DNA from: a virus
Taxonomy: Duplodnaviria; Caudoviricetes
Strand: one strand, 5' to 3'
DNA: 64,000 nucleotides
Virus record (IMG/VR): IMGVR_UViG_3300020047_005985
Location: 44,242-108,241 of that record
Positions 48,241 to 58,600 of the stretch are shown here, in pieces. Both the position numbers and the translations under genes were made by a program. The notes beneath the pieces are model-generated. The model was not told the origin of the DNA. It worked only from the letters and a program-made list of their open reading frames with translations, and did not search any database. Each line of letters opens with the position of its first letter. The stretch's first letter is position 1.

Positions 48241-50957
48241 TGATAAACAAATACGATAAGTTTGTAGAAAAAGATTTTAGTTGGAAAACTTATATTCCTC
48301 AATTACCAGAATTAGATGTTGAACAACTAGATAAATTATTAGCAGGACAACAAGCTAAAATAGATAACCTGGAACAAGTTAAAACTTTAATTCCAAATGC
48401 TCTACAAACTCCAGAAGATTTAGCTTTACAAAAGCAAGTTAAAAATTTAGTAGATTCTGGTTCACAACAAGTTTCAGAAGCTTTTTTAAAATCTCCTTCT
48501 GCTGGAAATTTAGCATATAAGAATTATATTAATCAGGTTAAAAAGGCTTATCAACCAGGTGGAGCAGCAGACGTATTGAATAAAAGGTATCAAGGCTACG
48601 CTGAATCTAAAAAAACTATAGATGATTATTATAAAGACGAAGTTAATCCTGTGTTTAAACAATATGCTTATGACCAACTTCAACAGCAAGTTTTAGCTGG
48701 CCCTAAGTATAATCCTAACACTGGAGAATTTCAAACAGTTCAATCTCCTGAATTATTTAAAAATCCTAATCTCAGAAAAGCTATTTTAGAAACTGCAAAA
48801 CAAATTGAAGAATCAGGTGATACACAATTCTTAGGAAATACTAATAAAGATTGGTGGATTCAAAAGATTCAAAGTACAGGTAAATCTGAAGAAAAACTTA
48901 GATTAATAGCTCAAGCTTTAATGGAGCAACCTGAGTTTGCAAATGAATTAAAGGTTGAACAATGGTATCAAGGTAGAAATGGTCAGGATGAAAAGATTAC
49001 AGAAGGATTTAAAAAAGGAATGCAAAACCAACTAACAGGTTTAACTTCTCAAGCTAAAGATGCTCAATTAGGTAAAGGTACTAAAGAATGGCAAGAATTT
49101 TTAGTAGATCAAGGATATGATGTATCTCCTGATGGAAGATACGGTGATAAGACTAGAAAAGCTACTGAAGATTTTTTAGAAAAGCAGAAAACTGTTTTAG
49201 ACACTAACCTAGCTAGTCCAAATATTAAAGAAACTGCTGTAAGAAAACAAATAGAAAAATCTTATTTAGATTATGCTGCTGGTCTCTCTAATAAAAAGAT
49301 AAGTAAAGAATTAATCTTTAATAAGCAAAGAGAAGTACTAATGAAAGATGCTAGAGATAAAGAAAGAACTAAAGCATTACTTCAATTAAATGATAGATTA
49401 GCCCCTGTAGTTGATCCTGATATTCTAGTAACTCCTCAATCTGCTGTTAACTTAACATCTTCTTTTGAACTTTTAAAAGAGACTAAAGCTAATAAAGAAG
49501 CTTTTGAAAAAGGTGCTACTAAAACATTAACTCAAAATCCAAATTCTGTATTTAATGGATGGACTATGGCTAATGTTGCAGAAGCTCAAAGATTATATAA
49601 TGAAGTTCCTACTACTTTAGAAGGTAGGCATTTAACTGAAGTTGAAAGGCAACAGATGTTCAATGATAAGTTAAGAGAAAATAGTTCTTTTGGTTTTACT
49701 CCAGAACAAGTAACTAGTATCTACAATGGTATTAAAACTGATACTGGTGTAAATAGTACATTTGAACAATTGGCTGCTATGGATCATGCTGAAGAAATGT
49801 TAACTGCTCATACTGAACAAGTAGCCACTGCTTATGTGGATACACAAGAAGGTAAAAAAGCTATTTCTAATTTACGATCTTCTATTCAAGATCCATCTTT
49901 GAAAAGTTTATCAGATACTCAATTAGCTCAAGAAGCTTTAGTTAATCCTGAGAGGTTTGTAAAAACTTTTGTATCTGGGGCCAATCCAAATAGCAAAGTC
50001 CCATCTTCTGTTAAATCAAGGGATACTGCTATATTATCTGGAGAAGGTCAGAACCCAGCAGAATGGTATAAAAAAACAATGGAATCAGATATTCCTAAAC
50101 TTCAGAAACAAGGCATAGACTTTAAAACTGAAAATATTTGGGGAATACATGCAGGGGATAAAGATAAATTCTTAAGACCTGTTTACAATAATATCAATTC
50201 AGCCTTAAATAGTCAAGTAGAAAGTACATTTGCTTCTGAAGGAATGTCTGGTTTAGTATTGCGAGATATGAAAGGTGAAGTAGTAGATGGTAAACCAATA
50301 TTTAAAGATGGTTATGTTTCTGTTGGCCCTGATAATAAACCAGTATATAGAGCTGTTGGACAACTACCAGGTAAACAAGGTCAACCTGGAAAAATGGTTT
50401 CTACCGAGATTAATCTAAATGATGGTAATCCAATTGCTAAAACTCTAGAAAGAGCAATGAGAAAAGAGTTAGCTCAAAATGCAGCTACTGACAATTGGAC
50501 TAATGTTCATGCTATTGCTCAGAATTTATTTAAGTTTGATACTAATAATATTATAACTTCTAGACAAGAACAAGAAGCTCCTTTAAAAGGTGTTCAACCT
50601 CAAGCTATTAATATTATAGATAGAGATGGTACAGCAACAACTACTGAAAAATTAGGGTTTAAAACCAGAAAGATTAATACCAAGAATTATGGTGGTGTAA
50701 ATTACTATACTTATGTAGGCCAAGATAAAACTGGTAATAAAGTATTCTTTAATGTAAGTGATGTAGTAGATCAATCTGGAAATCCAACTGGAGCCAGAGT
50801 TGTAATACCATTGAATAATGGAAAGAATTATACTTCTGATGTATCTGAAATAAATACTTTTAATTTAGCTGGTGAGATTATATCTCAAACTCCAGTAGAA
50901 AGAGAAGTTAAAAAGATACCAGAAGGTACAATACAAGCTATAACTGAATTTCAATAA
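48240..50957 (+). CDS. Virion cargo protein with a peptidoglycan-binding-like domain
   Basis: 905 aa; WQEFLVDQGY...DGRYGDKTRKA. Confidence 0.6.
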   Translation: MINKYDKFVEKDFSWKTYIPQLPELDVEQLDKLLAGQQAKIDNLEQVKTLIPNALQTPEDLALQKQVKNLVDSGSQQVSEAFLKSPSAGNLAYKNYINQVKKAYQPGGAADVLNKRYQGYAESKKTIDDYYKDEVNPVFKQYAYDQLQQQVLAGPKYNPNTGEFQTVQSPELFKNPNLRKAILETAKQIEESGDTQFLGNTNKDWWIQKIQSTGKSEEKLRLIAQALMEQPEFANELKVEQWYQGRNGQDEKITEGFKKGMQNQLTGLTSQAKDAQLGKGTKEWQEFLVDQGYDVSPDGRYGDKTRKATEDFLEKQKTVLDTNLASPNIKETAVRKQIEKSYLDYAAGLSNKKISKELIFNKQREVLMKDARDKERTKALLQLNDRLAPVVDPDILVTPQSAVNLTSSFELLKETKANKEAFEKGATKTLTQNPNSVFNGWTMANVAEAQRLYNEVPTTLEGRHLTEVERQQMFNDKLRENSSFGFTPEQVTSIYNGIKTDTGVNSTFEQLAAMDHAEEMLTAHTEQVATAYVDTQEGKKAISNLRSSIQDPSLKSLSDTQLAQEALVNPERFVKTFVSGANPNSKVPSSVKSRDTAILSGEGQNPAEWYKKTMESDIPKLQKQGIDFKTENIWGIHAGDKDKFLRPVYNNINSALNSQVESTFASEGMSGLVLRDMKGEVVDGKPIFKDGYVSVGPDNKPVYRAVGQLPGKQGQPGKMVSTEINLNDGNPIAKTLERAMRKELAQNAATDNWTNVHAIAQNLFKFDTNNIITSRQEQEAPLKGVQPQAINIIDRDGTATTTEKLGFKTRKINTKNYGGVNYYTYVGQDKTGNKVFFNVSDVVDQSGNPTGARVVIPLNNGKNYTSDVSEINTFNLAGEIISQTPVEREVKKIPEGTIQAITEFQ

Positions 50958-53900
50958 TGTCGAAATTTAAAATTCCCAATAAAGATAGTTCGTTAAATCC
51001 TTACCAGCAAAGAGATGTTCTTACTGGTAGGAATTTAATGACAGTGCAACCAACAGATCCTTTTCTTGGTGCATCTCAAAGTCCATTAGAAGATTTCTCT
51101 ACATTAGAAGTAGATCCAGGTCAATCTTTATATGGTAATTCTGGATTTGCAGCACAAGTTATTAATGAAAGAAAAGCTTATAACCAAGGAGCTTTAGAGT
51201 TATTAGGTAAAGGTGCTTATAATGTAGTTAAAACTATTGGTATTGAAGTTGGTAAGACACCAGGTTATATTGCAGGTATAGGAAGTGCTATTGCCAATGA
51301 AACATTAGGGGATGGTAAAAACTCTATGCAAATGATTGTTGATAATGCATGGGTGAATGCATTTGAGCAATTAGATGAAAAAGCTAAAGAGTTCATGCCT
51401 GTTCATATTTCTAAACAGGTACAAGAAGGTGGATTATTAGATAAATTAGGATCTGGTGCATGGTGGGCAACTACTGGTGCAGAAGGTCTAGGATTTATGT
51501 TATCTATGTATGCACCTGGAGCAGCAGCCAAAGCTTTGAAAATTGGTTCCGGTATAGCATCTGTTGGAGAAGGTTTAGCTAATATAAGTACTAGACTTGG
51601 TAAAACCGCAACTGGTGAATCTTGGGTAGCTAGGTTAGGATTAATGGAAGCTGCTGGCGAATCTGGTTTTAAATATACTACTGACTTTGCTAGAAATGCA
51701 AATGGTTATGCTTCTGCTGCTATTAATACAACATTAGAAGCTTCTGCTGAAGCTGCTAACACTTTTGATAATATGAAGACTAAATATCTTCAACAAGGAT
51801 TATCAGAAGATGATGCTAACTCTAAAGCTGGAGATGCAGCAGCAGCAGTATTCAAAGGTAATCTGGCTTTACTAATGGTATCTAATGTATTAGATGAAGC
51901 TTGGATATGGAAAACTATTGGTACTGCTGGTGAAAAAGAAGCTGCTCAATCTATTCTTTCTAAAATATTTAAGAACGGAGAAATAGATATGAAAGCTTTA
52001 GCAGATGTTCCAAAGCAATTTACCAAAGCTGCATTCTTAAAAAAGACTGGACAAAACTTTGCTGGAGGCATAACTAAAGAAGGATTTTATGAAGAGGGTA
52101 CACAAACATTACTACAGCAAAACATTGAAGCTGAAAAAGATAAAGGGTCTGTTCTTGGCAATTTGTCTAACGTGGTTTCATCTTATTTTGATAGCTTTGC
52201 TGATAATGATGAGCTGCACGAATCTATATTTTTGGGAGGTCTTTTGGGAGGTGGTGCATCTGTCATAGGAACTGTTCAAGAAAATAGAGCACTTAAAAGT
52301 GCACTTCTTGGTTCTAAAGCTAGAACAAAAGATAATAGTTTCTGGACTAAATATGGAATACTTCCTGAGACTAAAGATCAAAAAGGTCTAAGAAATATAT
52401 TAGTCGAAGATCATATAAAGCAATTTAGATCTTATAAAGATTTAATTGAAGATACTCCAGATGGCCCTCAATTAAATGAACAAAAATTAATTGATGCTCA
52501 AATTGAAAATGCTGATGAACTTAGAACCAATATACTTTATGATTTATCTGTTGCTCAAGGTAATAAACTGGCTCAAGAGATTCTAAATCAAAGTTTAGCT
52601 GCTAACTATGTACAATCTTTTTTAGGTCAAGAAGGTTCTAAAGAATTATTTCAAGATCATGTTGATAAACAAGTTGTACCTGCTTGGCAAAAAAGATTTG
52701 AAGATACTTTTAATAGACCTGCTACTAGTAAAGAAGTAGCCGATTATAAAAGAAACTTTACTCAATCTGGTGAAAGAGTGATTGATGCTTATACTCAAGC
52801 TGAACAAACAAATTATCCTGAAAGATACTATGAAGAAAAATCTAAAGAATATCAAGATTTTAAACGTGAGTATTTTCATAAAAAGTTTGCCACCCTGGTA
52901 AATCTGGATTCTGTTAAAACTAGAAGAGAGCAAATTTTGCTAGAAGCTACTCAAAAAGGTATTTATTTAGAAGATTTTTCTAGATTAAGTGGTAAGCAAA
53001 AAATAAAAGCTAAAGAACTTAAATCTGAATTGAACGAGATTGAAGAACTTGAACCTCAACTAGAAGAACATTATACTAAGTTTTTTTCTAAAACTGGAGT
53101 TAAAGAATTATTTGACCAATTTAAGAATAGAAAAGAATCTTTTGAAAAAGCTAAATTAGAGGAACTTGAAGAAAGAGAAAAACTTGGTAAAGAAGTAGAT
53201 GATCTTCCTGCTGCCAATGAAGCTGCTTTATCTGATTTTTTAGGAGATAGCGAAACTATAGTTAGAGATAAAAATGGTAAAACACACATTGTATCTAAAG
53301 ATCCTGCAACCAATGATCCTACTTTAGATGGAGTTCCTGCTAAAACCATTAAAGGTAAGGTAGAAGATTTAGGTTTAATATCTGACGATGTTTCTCAAGA
53401 ACAATATGAGAATTTTAAGCAAACTGGTGAAGTATCTAATAGAACTTTAAAAAGGATAGCTGAAAAGCTAGTTAATAAAGAACCTTTATCTGAAAAAGAA
53501 AAAGAGATTGCTCAAACTAAACAATCTGAGTTAGAACAATATTTTAATAAAGAAGTTATTAAAGTAAAAGAAAAACTAACCGAACTTATTAACAATCAAA
53601 CTGAAGAAGATACTTCTGACTCTGTAGATCAGCTAATAGACCAATATAATAAAAGAAAAAGTACTACATTTTTTAATTCTACAGGTAGAAATTTACAAGA
53701 TGAATTAGTTGAAATAAAACCTGGAGTTTGGATTGAAAAGATGATAGATCTTCCAAGTCAACAATTATGGTTTAAAGTATTAGACGAAGAGGTTTCTAAA
53801 AATCCTAAAGCTTATACAGTTCAGGTAGTTAGAACGGATGATAAATCTAATCCTGATTTACATAAACAAATTCTTAGAAATTACTCTGATCCTACTTATA

Positions 53901-55684
53901 TTGAAGATGGAGATTTATCTGTTATATTATACAAGGATGGTAAACCTGTTATTAAAGATGGTAATTATGTATTTACAGGATTATATAGACCTGATACATT
54001 ATATCGTATTGATAAATCAGGTAATCCTAAATTCTTAATAGCAGAAAGAGTCATTATAGATAATTTTCTATCTGGTTTAAATCTGCATATTGAAGATCTT
54101 AGTAACTTGTCTAAGAAGCAAAAAGATAGTTTAAACTTGGCTGGAGTTAAAGATACTTCAGTTAAAGGTATAACTTTAGCAGCTTTCTTATTTGCTAAAA
54201 ATGAATATGTTAACTGGTATGAAAGTTTACAAGCTAATCCATCTCAATTACAAATTGATGGAATTACTAAAGGTCACAATGTAAAAATGTTTAAAGATAA
54301 ATTTGGTAAAGAGCCTATGTGGGGAAATCCATTACAAGGTATTCCAGGATTATCATTAGATATAAATAATGATCCTAAACCATCTGATTTAAAAGGAGGC
54401 AGGTTAGAACTTTCTACTACAGGTTATATTAAAGTAGGTACAGAAGAATTTAAAATTTCTTCTGGTGATATTGTACTAGTAGATTCAAATGATAATTTAC
54501 ATCCTTTAAGAGCTAGGAATATAACTGAAGATGAGGTTAAAACAGTTTTATATTTATTAAGCTTAAGAGCAGAAACAGGAAGACCAACAGAATCATTTAA
54601 CATAACTTCTCCACAACCAGCTAGATTTGGAAATATACAGTTTAAAAATATTCCAATTTTCTATAATGAAGAACCTAAGAAATCAAGAGCTAACTTAATT
54701 GAATCTTTAATTTCATTTGGCTCCAAAGATGGTGGTAAAGGAGAAATCTATTTTAATAAAGAAACTATAAACTCTACTCCTACTTTGGTATGGACTGATT
54801 TTGAAGGTATTACTCATAATATAGATCTACGAGTTTTAGAAGCTGTTATTAAAGAAAATGATTTTGAGAATATAAATATTCAACCACTAATGAATTTTTT
54901 AAAACAGAAACGATTTAATGTTAATGAGCATCTTTTAGGTAAAACTCAAACATCAGGTAATAGTATTTTTTCTAAACCTCAACTAGTTTATACAAGAAAT
55001 GAATCAGGTAAATTATATCCTGAGTTAAAATGGGATCAAAGTAGATCTTATTACGATCATTTATTAAATGACGTTTTAACCACTACAACCCAAACAGTTG
55101 CTGGTTATCCTAATAGAGTTCAAAGAAACGTGTGGTTTAACAAACAGGCTATTCAGCAAGAAGATTATAACAGTCTAGATCAGAATGGATTTCCTGTAAA
55201 TCTGCAAGCAACATTAACTAAAAACGGAGAAAATGCTTTTTTGTTTGCTTTATCAGATAAGACAACAAATAAAAAGGCTGCTGTTTTTGAACTAGAGGTT
55301 GTAGAAATTAATGGTAAGAAGTATCTGAATATTGGAATGGTTTCTTTAAGGGAGGAGTTTAGAGGAAAAGGAATAGGAACAAATATGTATAGATTTATTT
55401 TAAATAATTTACCCGAAGGAATCGAAGGAATTGTTTCTCCGAAAGACAGCAGAATAAATAAAGAACAGGTTCCTAAAATCCATAATAGATTAGCAAAAGA
55501 GTTTACTAAAACTGAATTAGAAAATGGAGATTTTATTTTTTCTAAGAAACAATCTAAACCAAGTTCAAGAAAAAGACTTACTAAATCTTTAGATGATTTT
55601 AAAGATATGGATAAAATACTAACTACTTCTGACTTACTAAAAGCAAAAATTAAATCAGGAGAAATAACACAAGATTGTAAATGA
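50957..55684 (+). CDS. Large cargo / ejection protein with a C-terminal GNAT-like domain
   Basis: EG.YEEGTQ and ESIFLGGLLGG membrane-associated segments; VSLREEFRGKGIG. Confidence 0.7.
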   Translation: MSKFKIPNKDSSLNPYQQRDVLTGRNLMTVQPTDPFLGASQSPLEDFSTLEVDPGQSLYGNSGFAAQVINERKAYNQGALELLGKGAYNVVKTIGIEVGKTPGYIAGIGSAIANETLGDGKNSMQMIVDNAWVNAFEQLDEKAKEFMPVHISKQVQEGGLLDKLGSGAWWATTGAEGLGFMLSMYAPGAAAKALKIGSGIASVGEGLANISTRLGKTATGESWVARLGLMEAAGESGFKYTTDFARNANGYASAAINTTLEASAEAANTFDNMKTKYLQQGLSEDDANSKAGDAAAAVFKGNLALLMVSNVLDEAWIWKTIGTAGEKEAAQSILSKIFKNGEIDMKALADVPKQFTKAAFLKKTGQNFAGGITKEGFYEEGTQTLLQQNIEAEKDKGSVLGNLSNVVSSYFDSFADNDELHESIFLGGLLGGGASVIGTVQENRALKSALLGSKARTKDNSFWTKYGILPETKDQKGLRNILVEDHIKQFRSYKDLIEDTPDGPQLNEQKLIDAQIENADELRTNILYDLSVAQGNKLAQEILNQSLAANYVQSFLGQEGSKELFQDHVDKQVVPAWQKRFEDTFNRPATSKEVADYKRNFTQSGERVIDAYTQAEQTNYPERYYEEKSKEYQDFKREYFHKKFATLVNLDSVKTRREQILLEATQKGIYLEDFSRLSGKQKIKAKELKSELNEIEELEPQLEEHYTKFFSKTGVKELFDQFKNRKESFEKAKLEELEEREKLGKEVDDLPAANEAALSDFLGDSETIVRDKNGKTHIVSKDPATNDPTLDGVPAKTIKGKVEDLGLISDDVSQEQYENFKQTGEVSNRTLKRIAEKLVNKEPLSEKEKEIAQTKQSELEQYFNKEVIKVKEKLTELINNQTEEDTSDSVDQLIDQYNKRKSTTFFNSTGRNLQDELVEIKPGVWIEKMIDLPSQQLWFKVLDEEVSKNPKAYTVQVVRTDDKSNPDLHKQILRNYSDPTYIEDGDLSVILYKDGKPVIKDGNYVFTGLYRPDTLYRIDKSGNPKFLIAERVIIDNFLSGLNLHIEDLSNLSKKQKDSLNLAGVKDTSVKGITLAAFLFAKNEYVNWYESLQANPSQLQIDGITKGHNVKMFKDKFGKEPMWGNPLQGIPGLSLDINNDPKPSDLKGGRLELSTTGYIKVGTEEFKISSGDIVLVDSNDNLHPLRARNITEDEVKTVLYLLSLRAETGRPTESFNITSPQPARFGNIQFKNIPIFYNEEPKKSRANLIESLISFGSKDGGKGEIYFNKETINSTPTLVWTDFEGITHNIDLRVLEAVIKENDFENINIQPLMNFLKQKRFNVNEHLLGKTQTSGNSIFSKPQLVYTRNESGKLYPELKWDQSRSYYDHLLNDVLTTTTQTVAGYPNRVQRNVWFNKQAIQQEDYNSLDQNGFPVNLQATLTKNGENAFLFALSDKTTNKKAAVFELEVVEINGKKYLNIGMVSLREEFRGKGIGTNMYRFILNNLPEGIEGIVSPKDSRINKEQVPKIHNRLAKEFTKTELENGDFIFSKKQSKPSSRKRLTKSLDDFKDMDKILTTSDLLKAKIKSGEITQDCK

Positions 55685-58600
55685 GTAAATGTAATTATAA
55701 ATACAAAGGTAAGCTCTATTCTCAGGATAGATTGCTTCGAGAACTTGTGAATGAATTACCATCAAGAAATCAGCAGGAAAGTATTGACTTTCTTGTTGAT
55801 TATCTTGGTATGTCAGAAGAAGAAGTTATTGTAGTTCAAAAATTAATTGATAATAAGTCTTTAGGTAGATTTAAATCAGATGGTAAAATTTTACTATCTA
55901 ATTTAGCTGATATTAATATAGCTTATCATGAAGCTTTCCATAGAGTTTGGAGAAAATATTTATCAACACCAGAAAGACTTTTAGCAATTAATGAAGTTAA
56001 GAAAAGAAAGAATATAGGAGCTTTGATAGAATCTTATAAGAAAGTTTATCCCAAGTTATCTGAAAATGAATTAATAGAAGAAATTTTGGCAGATGAATTT
56101 GCAGACTATACTTCTAATAAAAATTTTAAAACAGAAACTCTACTTAAATCTCTATTTGATAGACTTGTTAATTTTCTTAAAAAGATTATTGGTTTAAAAC
56201 CTAATCAGGTGCAAACTATTTACGATAAAATTTTATCTAAAAGTTATAAGGGAAAGAAACTTTCTGCTCAACAATATTTAAAAGACGCTGATAAGCTAAT
56301 TATTCAAGAGCAAGAGTTTACTGTTGAACAAAAGAATGAACTTATAGATCTTCTGACTCAAAGGTTTGTAAAAGCAATGCTCTATTTAAATGGAGATATA
56401 GATTTATTTTTATCTAAAAATCCAGTTAAAATAAAAGAACTTTTAAACGATTATGTTGTATTAGAAGTTGGTACAGATCTTTTAGATTTAAATGAAGATG
56501 CCTTTGGCCCAATAGTTGATGCTTTATACGCAGACACTACTCATGTTCTTGAAAATAATAATCCTATGGAAGAATCTGTTTTTCTAGATGGGATGATTAA
56601 AAAACTTAAATTATTAGGATTAGAAATAAAAGAAAATCAAGAAGATGAATCAGAAGGTTCTCTAGAAGAATATGAAAATAAAACTAGAGAATTTCAAGCT
56701 TCAATAGAGTTTGATCCTAAGTCTGCAATGAGTAGAAAAATCAAATTTCTACTTACTAGTTTGATGGATACTTCAGATACAGGTTCAGCATTTGGTTTAC
56801 CTAAACCTTTAAGTTGGACTAAAGGGTTTGTTCAAATAGCAACTAGGATGGCAGGTATTCCTACATCTGAGTTTATGTCAGAATTAGCAAAAACTAATTT
56901 AACATATGCTAAAGATCTGATAGATATTTTGAATAAGAACCAGGTTTTCAGAAACGAGTTTATATCAACAATGGCTTTAACAGAAAATAAATTTGTTACT
57001 GCCAGATATAAAGATGGTGATATTTATTTTAGTGACGCTAACTCTCAAACAAGAGTTAAGAAGATTGTAGGAGAATGGCAAAATAATTTAATTAAATTAG
57101 TAGAGGATTGGGATCAGTGGAAAGAAGATTTAAATAAGCTTGAAACCGGAAAACCAACTAATGAAGATATACTGGAACATTTCGGTATTATAGTTGATCC
57201 TCTTTTAGAAGATGTCCAAGTTAATTTAAGAACTATACTGCAACAAGCAATTAAGTATAATAAAGGCAAACCTACCAGACAAGATATATTTAAAGAATTA
57301 GGTATCAAAGGTTATGTAAATGAGTTAGCAGAAAAACAATCTAAGTTCGAAGATGCTCAAGATTTAATGGTTTACTTAAATGGTAAAAAGATTTATCTAT
57401 TAGGATTAAACACTCAACAAACAACAGTACTAAATAATATTAGATATGCTCAATCTAAATTTACTCCAGAAATGTCTATTGAAGATAAGATTAATCTTAT
57501 TCGAAAATATGCACCTTTTCAGGTTTCTGAATTTAATGTAACTAAACTGGCAGACGGAACTTATCAAATCCATAATAAATGGTTAGAGAAAATTCTAAAC
57601 GGTGATAATCTTCAATTGGTTATTCCATATAACGCAGATACTAAAACATCTGATATTGAGGTTTCTAAATTAAATGAACCTGATATAATGTCTTTACATG
57701 TGAATGGAGCCTTACAAGGAGTTAATTTTAGTATGAAACATGCAGACCGTTCCACATTTTTTGCTTATACGTTTGGGATTAATTCTCCTTTATACTCTAA
57801 AGGACAAACAGGTACTGTTGGAGACTCATTAAGTATTGTTGAAGATAATATTATTGAGCAAATTGAATTAGAAGCCAAGTTTATTAGAGATTTGAATAAT
57901 AGAAATTTACCTGTTCAATATATAGGTAATATTAAAACTGATTCAGGAGAAATAAAAACCAGTGCCTTTGCTCAAGATGTAATTGGAAAAGATGAATTTG
58001 AGAAAGTTTTAAATGGTGAAAAAGTAGATAATCAACTTGTTAAAAAGTTTGTCGCTAATAAGTTTTTAGAATTTAAAAACGATGTTAGAATGTATGGACT
58101 TCTCCAAGAACATAAAGGAAAAGTAGTAGGATTGAATAACTTTTTAGTTAAGCAATTTGGAAATACAGATAGTTTATTAGCTTCTGCTTTTGCTAATGAA
58201 GTGTCTTCTCATATATTTGAGAATAGATTCTTTTCTGGCTCAGTTCAGTCATTTAAGTCTGGTACAGATCTGTTTAAAAGATTAGCTCCACAAAGTTCTA
58301 CTGGTAAACTTGCTGTAAATGATGATGTAACAAATGAATTTATTAGAGAGCAGTTGGATCAAACATTTGAAGTTGTTAATCCTAAGACTGGAGAAATAGA
58401 AGAAGTTAACCCTGCTTCTAAAATAAAACCAGGACAGGAAAAATACTTTAGAGCCGTCACTGGTGCTGAAAGAAAAAACTACAAATCTGTCTTATTAAGA
58501 CCTGCTATAACTCCATCTGGTAAACCAATTGTATCTAAGTTTACAGGTAAACAAGAGTCTGCATTATTTATAATGTATGAACAACAGTATATCAAAGACT

